A DNA stretch of 64,000 nt. Source: Gammaproteobacteria bacterium (lineage in GTDB: Bacteria; Pseudomonadota; Gammaproteobacteria; QZLD01). Location: positions 12,471-76,470 of the forward strand of contig QZLE01000189.1 of NCBI GenBank assembly GCA_004796365.1. Direction: 5' to 3'. This document shows positions 57,439 through 64,000 of the stretch, piece after piece. The notes under the pieces were generated by a model. The model ran no database searches. It was not told the origin of the DNA and saw only the letters and a program-made list of their open reading frames with translations. How positions within the stretch are numbered: position 1 is the first letter of the stretch; the number at the start of each line of letters is the position of its first letter. The translations under genes were made by a program, and so were the position numbers.

Positions 57439-59067
57439 ATGGATGTAAAAAAGAAGATCTTAGTAGCTCCAGCTTTAATGATAATTTTGATGTTTGGAAT
57501 AGGGGCTTTGAATTATCTTACTCTTGATGAGCAAAAAAACGTAGCAAATAAAGAGATAAAAGTACGATTTTCTGAATATGCCGGAATTACAGACATTCTT
57601 GTTAAGTTTAATGCGAATTATAGAAAAATCTATGAGACTTTAAGCTATGCCAGTTGGTCAGATGGTGTAGAAAAAATGGAGAATGGTTTTCTAATCATCA
57701 AAGCTGATATGAGGCTTTTGGTTACTGCCTTAGATAAACAAATTGAGGCCGCTAAAAATAACGAAGACAAAGAGAGATTGGAGCTTTTAACCCAAGCAAA
57801 AAAAATATTCAATCAATACATAACCACTGTTGATGAGGTTGCTGAATGGATAATCATAGATGTTACCGCCACTGTTATGTCGCAAGAGCAGTTAAAATTA
57901 AGATTTAGCGAAATATCAAAAATTTTCAGCAAGATCCAAAAATTGGATCATCAGCTAAATAATCAGGCATTAGAGATGTCAGATTCAAATGCTGATTCAG
58001 CGATATTGTGGTCAATTTTATTACCCGTCATTGCAATTGTGCTTTCAGTTGTTGTTTCACTGGTCGTTGCAACTGGTATCACTAAGCAAATACAGCAGGT
58101 CAACAATGCCATAGGTAAAGTATCTTCTGGTGACCTAACTCAAAGAGTTGATGTTTCTAGTAGTGATGAAATTGGTGAGTTGGCAACACATCTAAATACA
58201 ATGATTGATGATTTGCAGAATAAGATTATCGGTCAGATTGTTAGCTCTGCAGCTAGACTAAATGCCTCAGCCGATGAAACCAGTAATGCAAGTAAAGAAA
58301 CGATGAAAGGTGTTACTGTTCAGCAAGAGGAAACCGAAAATATCAGTGGCTCTATCGGTCAGATGGTGCAAACTTCTCACGAGCTTGCATCCAGTGCATC
58401 ACAATCAGCTGATGCAGCCAAAAGCGCAGATGAAGAAGTTAGTAAAAATACTGTATCAATGGAAGAAACCGTTGGTGCGATTAACGGAGTAGCTGACCAG
58501 ATTGCAAGTGCAGCAAAAGTGATTGCAGAGCTTGGTAAGGATAGTGAAAATGTTGGTGTTGTACTAGATGTAATTAGAAGTATTGCAGAGCAGACAAACC
58601 TGCTTGCCCTAAATGCGGCCATCGAGGCTGCTCGTGCTGGCGATCAGGGTAGGGGCTTTGCAGTGGTAGCTGATGAAGTTAGGGTATTGGCGCAGAGAAC
58701 TCAGCATTCCACTGAGGAAATTCAAGAGATTATTGAAAGGCTCCAGGATGGCGTTGTTGATGTTGTAAAGGTTATTGAGAGCGGTCAGCAGCATGTTACT
58801 GAAAGTGTTCAAAGCGCTGAAAGTACACGTGACTCGTTGATGTCAATTAATGCATCGGTAAGCACTATTACTTCAAGCACTGAGATGATGGCCTCAATGA
58901 TTGAAGAACAGCATGCAGTTACTGAAGAAATAAGCAATAGTATCAATAGCATTTCAGAAAGTAGTGCACAAACTACTGGGCTTGCTCAAAAGTCGTCTGA
59001 TGCCAGCTCGCAAATAAAGCAGCTTGCTGATGAGTTACAAGGGCTAGTTTCAGTTTATAAAGTTTAA
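57439..59067 (+). CDS. MCP: about 160-aa helical periplasmic domain, HAMP, long-class signalling domain, no tail
   Basis: ORF 57412..59067; ATG 57439 gives [26 protein letters not shown]2 [61 protein letters not shown]. Confidence 0.9.
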   Translation: MDVKKKILVAPALMIILMFGIGALNYLTLDEQKNVANKEIKVRFSEYAGITDILVKFNANYRKIYETLSYASWSDGVEKMENGFLIIKADMRLLVTALDKQIEAAKNNEDKERLELLTQAKKIFNQYITTVDEVAEWIIIDVTATVMSQEQLKLRFSEISKIFSKIQKLDHQLNNQALEMSDSNADSAILWSILLPVIAIVLSVVVSLVVATGITKQIQQVNNAIGKVSSGDLTQRVDVSSSDEIGELATHLNTMIDDLQNKIIGQIVSSAARLNASADETSNASKETMKGVTVQQEETENISGSIGQMVQTSHELASSASQSADAAKSADEEVSKNTVSMEETVGAINGVADQIASAAKVIAELGKDSENVGVVLDVIRSIAEQTNLLALNAAIEAARAGDQGRGFAVVADEVRVLAQRTQHSTEEIQEIIERLQDGVVDVVKVIESGQQHVTESVQSAESTRDSLMSINASVSTITSSTEMMASMIEEQHAVTEEISNSINSISESSAQTTGLAQKSSDASSQIKQLADELQGLVSVYKV

Positions 59068-59139
59068 AAATACTTTCAATACAAGGCCACCTAACATAAA
59101 ATTACCTGCTTAATTTTAGAGATATAGTGGATATTTTTT

Positions 59140-59964
59140 GTGACTGACGACCTTCCTATAGGTGTATTCGATTCAGGTGTTGGCGGATTAACCGTCCTTA
59201 ATGCGATTCAAAAGATTTTACCGGGCGAGGAGTTGTTATATCTGGGAGACACTGCCCGTGTGCCTTATGGCACGAAAAGCCCGGAATCTGTTATAAAATA
59301 TGCATTGCAAGCTGCAAGAGTGTTGGTTGATCATGGTATCAAGCTTTTAGTCGTTGCGTGTAATACAGCATCATCCGTCGCTTTAGATGCGCTTCGAGAA
59401 GAGTTTTCTCCACTTCCTGTGCTTGGCGTAGTAGAGCCAGGCGCTGTAGCCAGTTGTGAAATATCCAAAAGTGGTCGCATCGCTGTGATTGGTACTGAAG
59501 GTACTGTTAATGGTCAGGCCTACCAAAAAGCCATACGTAGAATCAGACCAGATGCAAAAATATCTGCAAAGCCATGTTCATTATTTGTTGCTTTGGCGGA
59601 AGAAGCCTGGTCAGAAGGCGAGCTTGTAGAGCAGATTATTCATAAATATTTATCTGATTTGATTGACCTACCTGTTGAAACAAGACCGGATTGCCTGGTT
59701 TTGGGGTGTACTCATTTTCCTGTTCTGGAGTCAGCCATTAAGAATGTAGTCGGTAATGAAATGGTTGTCGTTGACTCTGCTGCAACTACAGCCAGGATGG
59801 TAAAATGTGAATTGGCAAATCACTACATGCTGCGCTCAATTGCTACATCAAATAAACCTCACTTTTTGGTTACTGACGGCCCTGAGCGTTTCGCGCGTGT
59901 TGCTCAAATTTTCTTCGACAGCCCAGTAACTCAAGATAATGTTGAACTTGTTGATTTAAAATAG
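59140..59964 (+). CDS. murI: glutamate racemase
   Basis: GTG start. IGVFDSGVGGLTV, VVACNTAS and LGCTHFP contain the two catalytic cysteines. Confidence 0.9.
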   Translation: MTDDLPIGVFDSGVGGLTVLNAIQKILPGEELLYLGDTARVPYGTKSPESVIKYALQAARVLVDHGIKLLVVACNTASSVALDALREEFSPLPVLGVVEPGAVASCEISKSGRIAVIGTEGTVNGQAYQKAIRRIRPDAKISAKPCSLFVALAEEAWSEGELVEQIIHKYLSDLIDLPVETRPDCLVLGCTHFPVLESAIKNVVGNEMVVVDSAATTARMVKCELANHYMLRSIATSNKPHFLVTDGPERFARVAQIFFDSPVTQDNVELVDLK

Positions 59965-60013
59965 TTTCTACAGCTATTTTCAGCAAGCCTTTGTAAACAA
60001 ATAGGAGACACAA

Positions 60014-60715
60014 TTGAAAGCATTAGCATTTGAAACCGCAACGGAAGCTTGCTCGGTTGCTTTGCTATCAGATGGTGAAACAATCGAGTTGCACGAAATT
60101 GTGCCACGTAAACACACCGAGCGCTTATTGCCAATGGTGGAACAGCTTCTTTCTGAGGCAGAGATTTCATTAAATCAGTTAGACTTTCTTACTTTTGGGC
60201 GTGGTCCAGGAGCATTCACCGGTGTACGTATAGCTGCAAGTGCTGCACAAGGAATGGCTTTCGGAGCAGATTTGCCTGTGGTTCCGGTTTCAACCCTAGC
60301 AGTACTTGCGCAAAATGCATATGAACAAACAAATGCTACGACTATTCTTTCCTGCATTGATGCCAGAATGAGTGAAGTTTATTGGTCAGTATACAAGCCA
60401 GCATTAAATGGGGTGGTTGAAATTTATCAGGAAGAGGAGGTTGTTGCCCCAACAGATATCTGCATAACTAATGATTTGTCTGATAATATAGCTGCTGTAG
60501 GTAGTGGTTGGCTGACTTATAAAGATGAATTAACCGCGATGTGTTCCAAATTTATTCAAACTTATATTGATGATATCTATCCTCATGCAAATCAGCTAAT
60601 GAAGCTTGCAATCAGTGAATTTGAAAAAGGAAATGCAGTTTCTCCCGAACTGGCTTTGCCCGTATATCTTCGTGATGATGTCGCTAAGAAAAGCACTAAG
60701 CCTCCCGTATGTTAA
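60014..60715 (+). CDS. tsaB: tRNA N6-threonylcarbamoyladenosine biosynthesis protein TsaB (YeaZ)
   Basis: TTG start 6 nt after AGGAG. LAFETATEACSVAL, GRGPGAFTGVRIA. Confidence 0.85.
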   Translation: MKALAFETATEACSVALLSDGETIELHEIVPRKHTERLLPMVEQLLSEAEISLNQLDFLTFGRGPGAFTGVRIAASAAQGMAFGADLPVVPVSTLAVLAQNAYEQTNATTILSCIDARMSEVYWSVYKPALNGVVEIYQEEEVVAPTDICITNDLSDNIAAVGSGWLTYKDELTAMCSKFIQTYIDDIYPHANQLMKLAISEFEKGNAVSPELALPVYLRDDVAKKSTKPPVC

Positions 60716-60758
60716 TTTTGAACGTTATTTTAGTCGATTATCTTTTATTGAGAAAAGT

Positions 60759-62660
60759 ATGCCACTTGTAACCTTGGACAACGTATCGATAGCATTTGGT
60801 GTTAACCAGCTGCTCGATTGCGCTAATCTCACCATAGATGCAGGTGAGAGAATTTGTGTAATTGGAAGAAATGGTGAGGGCAAGTCTACCCTATTAAAGA
60901 TTATTCAGGGGTTGGTTAATCAGGATAGTGGTGACGTAAATGTACAAAGTGGTATTAAAATCAGCGCCTTAGAGCAAGATGTTTACACTGATTCTAGTGA
61001 TACTGTTTATCATGAAATTACTAACGGCTTGGGAACGCTTAAAAAACTTTTATATTCTTATCATCAGCTGGTAACCAACCCAGATTTATCGGAATCTGAT
61101 CTTATAAGGCTAGAGCAAATTCAGCATGAGCTTGAAGCTAATGACGGCTGGAATATTTCAAATCGTGTTGACTCTATTATCTCCAAACTTGAGCTTGATG
61201 CTGATGCAAGACTTAGCGATCTATCCGGTGGTTGGTTACGCCGTGTTTATTTGGCCAAGGCGCTTATATCAGAGCCGGATCTTTTGCTATTAGATGAACC
61301 TACTAACCACCTTGATATCGAAGCTATCGAGTGGTTGGAAGAGTTTCTATTAGATTATCGTGGTGGAATGTTGTTTATTACTCATGACAGATCGCTACTA
61401 AAAAAGCTTGCTACAAGAATAGTTGAGATAGATAGAGGGAGATTGACATCGTGGCCGGGTGATTATGAAAATTACCTGCGTAGAAAAGACGAGGTTGCAA
61501 ATGCCGAAGAACTCGCAAATAAGCGTTTTGATAAGAAGCTATCTCAGGAAGAGACCTGGATCCGTCAGGGTATAAAGGCAAGAAGAACAAGGAATGAAGG
61601 CAGAGTTCGCTCGCTACTAACGATGCGCGAAGAGTTTAAGCAGAGAAGATCAAAACAGGGTACCGCAAGTTTTTCTATTGAAGAGGCGGAGAAATCTGGC
61701 AAGATCGTCATAGAGGCTTATAAGATTCATTATGCATGGGAAGATACAAGAATTGCCAATGGTCTTTCACTGAAAGTTCAGCGCGGAGACAGAATTGCGC
61801 TGATAGGACCAAATGGTTGTGGAAAGACCACATTATTACGGGTTTTACTTGGGGAGTTACAACCGCAGCAAGGTAAAGTTAAGCTAGGAACTAAGCTAGA
61901 AGTGGCATATTTTGACCAGCTGCGAAATACGCTTAATTTAGAAGAATCTGTAATCGATAATGTTGCTCATGGAAGTGATTACGTTGAAATTGGAGGTTCC
62001 AGAAAACACATAATGGGTTATCTTTCTGATTTCCTGTTTACCCCGGAGCGTGTTAGGACGCCGGTAAAAGCACTATCTGGTGGTGAGCGTAACCGCCTGC
62101 TATTAGCTCGTCTGTTTTCAAAACCAGCTAATGTTTTAGTGCTAGATGAGCCCACAAATGATCTCGATATTGAATCGCTCGAACTGTTAGAGGAAAAACT
62201 AGCCGATTTTAGTGGCACTATTATTATCGTTAGTCATGATAGAAGCTTTCTAGATAATGTGGTTACTAGTTCTTTGTTCTTTGAAGGTGGCGGTAACATT
62301 GGCCACTATGTAGGTGGTTACTCAGATGCAAAAGCTGCAGTTGATAATATCAATAAGTTCAGACAGGAGCAGGTTAAGGCCAGCCTGACTGAACAAGTAG
62401 AAAAACCCAAAAAAGAGCGCAGTAAAACGCCTGCAAAAAAACTTTCCTACAAAGACCAGAGAGAACTTGATTCCCTTCCAGGTTTGATGGAAGAGCTTGA
62501 AAACAAGATTGACCAGCTGCAGACCGAGACTTCAAACCCTGAATTCTATCAGCAAGATAATGAAATTATTGCGCAGAAGCTTTCTGAGCTTGAGTCTGCG
62601 CAAAATGAGTTTGATGATATGTTTATGCGTTGGGAAGAGTTGGATAGTAAGATTAATTAA
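60759..62660 (+). CDS. uup: ABC-F family ATPase, Uup-like (two ABC domains plus C-terminal coiled coil)
   Basis: ORF 60606..62660; ATG 60759 (MPLVTLDNVSIAFG) gives 633 aa. Walker A GRNGEGKST and GPNGCGKTT; signatures LSGGWLRR and LSGGERNR. The upstream part of the ORF overlaps tsaB and is rejected. Confidence 0.9.
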   Translation: MPLVTLDNVSIAFGVNQLLDCANLTIDAGERICVIGRNGEGKSTLLKIIQGLVNQDSGDVNVQSGIKISALEQDVYTDSSDTVYHEITNGLGTLKKLLYSYHQLVTNPDLSESDLIRLEQIQHELEANDGWNISNRVDSIISKLELDADARLSDLSGGWLRRVYLAKALISEPDLLLLDEPTNHLDIEAIEWLEEFLLDYRGGMLFITHDRSLLKKLATRIVEIDRGRLTSWPGDYENYLRRKDEVANAEELANKRFDKKLSQEETWIRQGIKARRTRNEGRVRSLLTMREEFKQRRSKQGTASFSIEEAEKSGKIVIEAYKIHYAWEDTRIANGLSLKVQRGDRIALIGPNGCGKTTLLRVLLGELQPQQGKVKLGTKLEVAYFDQLRNTLNLEESVIDNVAHGSDYVEIGGSRKHIMGYLSDFLFTPERVRTPVKALSGGERNRLLLARLFSKPANVLVLDEPTNDLDIESLELLEEKLADFSGTIIIVSHDRSFLDNVVTSSLFFEGGGNIGHYVGGYSDAKAAVDNINKFRQEQVKASLTEQVEKPKKERSKTPAKKLSYKDQRELDSLPGLMEELENKIDQLQTETSNPEFYQQDNEIIAQKLSELESAQNEFDDMFMRWEELDSKIN

Positions 62661-62741
62661 ATAGGAATATAACTCCCAGATGACGGTGTTTTTATTTAAT
62701 GCTAATATCCTCCACTTAAAATTACCCGATTATGATGCTCT

Positions 62742-64000
62742 ATGACTACAACTATCCAAGATCAATGCGCAAGAAGAAGAACTTTTGCGATTATTTCTCA
62801 TCCCGATGCCGGTAAGACCACTGTAACTGAAAAATTACTTTTATTCGGGCACGCTATCCAGATGGCCGGAACGGTAAAGGGAAAGAAGGCTGCCCGCCAC
62901 GCAACCTCAGACTGGATGGAGCTGGAGAAACAACGTGGTATATCGGTAACCTCTTCTGTGATGCAGTTTCCGTATAAGGACCGCATTGTAAATCTCTTGG
63001 ATACGCCTGGACACGAAGACTTCTCAGAAGATACTTATCGCACGCTGACAGCTGTTGACTCTGCGCTTATGGTGATTGACTGCGCAAAAGGTGTTGAGGA
63101 ACGTACTATTAAACTTATGGATGTATGTCGCTTGCGGGATACCCCAATATTTACGTTTATCAACAAACTTGATAGGGAAGGGCGTGATCCGATTGAGCTA
63201 CTTGATGAGGTAGAGGATGTTCTAAAGATCAAGTGCGCACCTATGACCTGGCCGATTGGAATGGGCAAAAGATTTAAAGGTGTTTATCACCTTTATAACG
63301 ATACAATTCATCTGTATCAGCCGAGTACCGATGGTAAAATTCAGGAAATTGAAGTTATAGAAGGTATTGATAACCCTGAATTTGATGCCAAGCTTCCAGG
63401 TATTGCCGAAGATTTTCGTGAAGAGCTTGAGCTTGTTCAAGGTGCTAGCCATGAGTTTGACCTTGATGAATATCTTGCCGGAAGATTATCCCCGGTATAC
63501 TTTGGTTCTGCAATAAATAACTTTGGTGTTGAACTGTTGTTATCCGATTTTGTTGAGTATGCGCCTTCTCCGCTTGCTCGTAATACAGATCAGCGCGAAA
63601 TTGACCCAAATGAAGAGAAGCTTTCCGGTTTTGTATTCAAGATTCAAGCGAATATGGACCCGCAGCATCGCGACCGTGTTGCTTTTTTCCGCGTGTGTTC
63701 CGGTAAATTCACTAAGGGCATGAAGATGAAGCACGTGCGTATTGGAAAAACCGTACAAATAGCGAACGCGCATATGTTCTTTGCATCTGATCGCGGCCAC
63801 GTTGAAGAGGCCTTTCCTGGTGATATTATTGGCCTGCATAATCATGGCACCATCAAGATTGGAGATACTTTTTCTCAGGGTGAAGACCTTAAATTTACTG
63901 GGATTCCTCACTTTGCTCCGGAACTATTCAGGCGAGCTCGCCTTAAAGACCCTTTAAAGATGAAGGCTCTTTCCAAAGGCTTGGAACAATTATGCGAAGA
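62742..64000 (+). CDS. prfC: peptide chain release factor 3 (partial; runs off the window end)
   Basis: Not in the ORF track because no stop lies inside the window. Translation from ATG 62742 gives [47 protein letters not shown]...[16 protein letters not shown]...[10 protein letters not shown]..., collinear with E. coli PrfC from memory. Confidence 0.95.
   Translation, partial: MTTTIQDQCARRRTFAIISHPDAGKTTVTEKLLLFGHAIQMAGTVKGKKAARHATSDWMELEKQRGISVTSSVMQFPYKDRIVNLLDTPGHEDFSEDTYRTLTAVDSALMVIDCAKGVEERTIKLMDVCRLRDTPIFTFINKLDREGRDPIELLDEVEDVLKIKCAPMTWPIGMGKRFKGVYHLYNDTIHLYQPSTDGKIQEIEVIEGIDNPEFDAKLPGIAEDFREELELVQGASHEFDLDEYLAGRLSPVYFGSAINNFGVELLLSDFVEYAPSPLARNTDQREIDPNEEKLSGFVFKIQANMDPQHRDRVAFFRVCSGKFTKGMKMKHVRIGKTVQIANAHMFFASDRGHVEEAFPGDIIGLHNHGTIKIGDTFSQGEDLKFTGIPHFAPELFRRARLKDPLKMKALSKGLEQLCE

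Noticed and set aside
60606-60758. 51-aa extension of uup overlapping the 3' end of tsaB
   Set aside because: It overlaps tsaB by 110 nt in another frame. The ABC-F N-terminus MPLVTLDNVSIAFG at ATG 60759 gives the expected length of about 633 aa.
62798-63911. Four minus-strand ORFs (62798..62986, 63035..63268, 63222..63452, 63540..63911), the only track ORFs near the window end apart from the short plus-strand ORF 63523..63723
   Set aside because: The plus strand from ATG 62742 translates without a stop to the window edge as a near-perfect PrfC (RF3). The listed ORFs are antisense or out-of-frame artefacts. The track missed prfC only because it has no stop inside the window.
1-64000. Search for mobile elements, prophage, defence islands, CRISPR arrays, tRNA/rRNA genes and toxin-antitoxin pairs
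   Set aside because: I found no transposase, integrase, recombinase, phage structural, Cas, restriction or nuclease-like ORFs. There are no regularly spaced direct repeats. No GC-rich cloverleaf-like segment appears in the AT-rich intergenic regions. tRNA detection by eye is unreliable and should be confirmed with tRNAscan-SE or Infernal.

Overview
AT-rich (judged by eye, not computed) bacterial chromosomal segment. It is probably gammaproteobacterial, because PrfC, ThiI, ArsC, NadA, DusA and Uup align closely with my memory of the E. coli proteins; no finer taxon can be named from the sequence. I support 56 protein-coding genes. I recognised no rRNA, tRNA, CRISPR array, transposase, integrase or phage gene. 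Housekeeping genes (pyc, ispG, pabB-like, mtaD-like, dusA, apbE, hup, nadA, thiI, murI, tsaB, uup, prfC) are interleaved with an unusually dense chemosensory complement. That complement comprises six methyl-accepting chemotaxis proteins (MCPs) in three signalling-domain length classes, two CheA, two tandem CheW pairs, three CheY-type receivers, one pseudo-receiver, single CheB/CheR/CheD, and two STAS-domain proteins. These form two modules: 17986-30164 on the + strand, and 48705-56712 on the - strand with a divergent receiver and MCP to 59067. Items most worth follow-up: (1) an MCP with two complete CZB zinc-binding motifs between its two TM helices, so predicted periplasmic; (2) module 1 has no adaptation enzymes yet encodes the receptors ending in the xWEEF CheR/CheB tether, while the window's only CheR/CheB/CheD sit in module 2; (3) a STAS protein in each module, both lacking the canonical phospho-serine; (4) a pseudo-receiver fused to an unrecognised domain just downstream of cheD; (5) a CheY-like gene whose essential acidic pocket lies upstream of the first ATG, implying a non-AUG start behind a perfect AGGAGG. 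None of these is shown to be novel here. All family calls are by-eye motif recognition and need HMM or BLAST confirmation.
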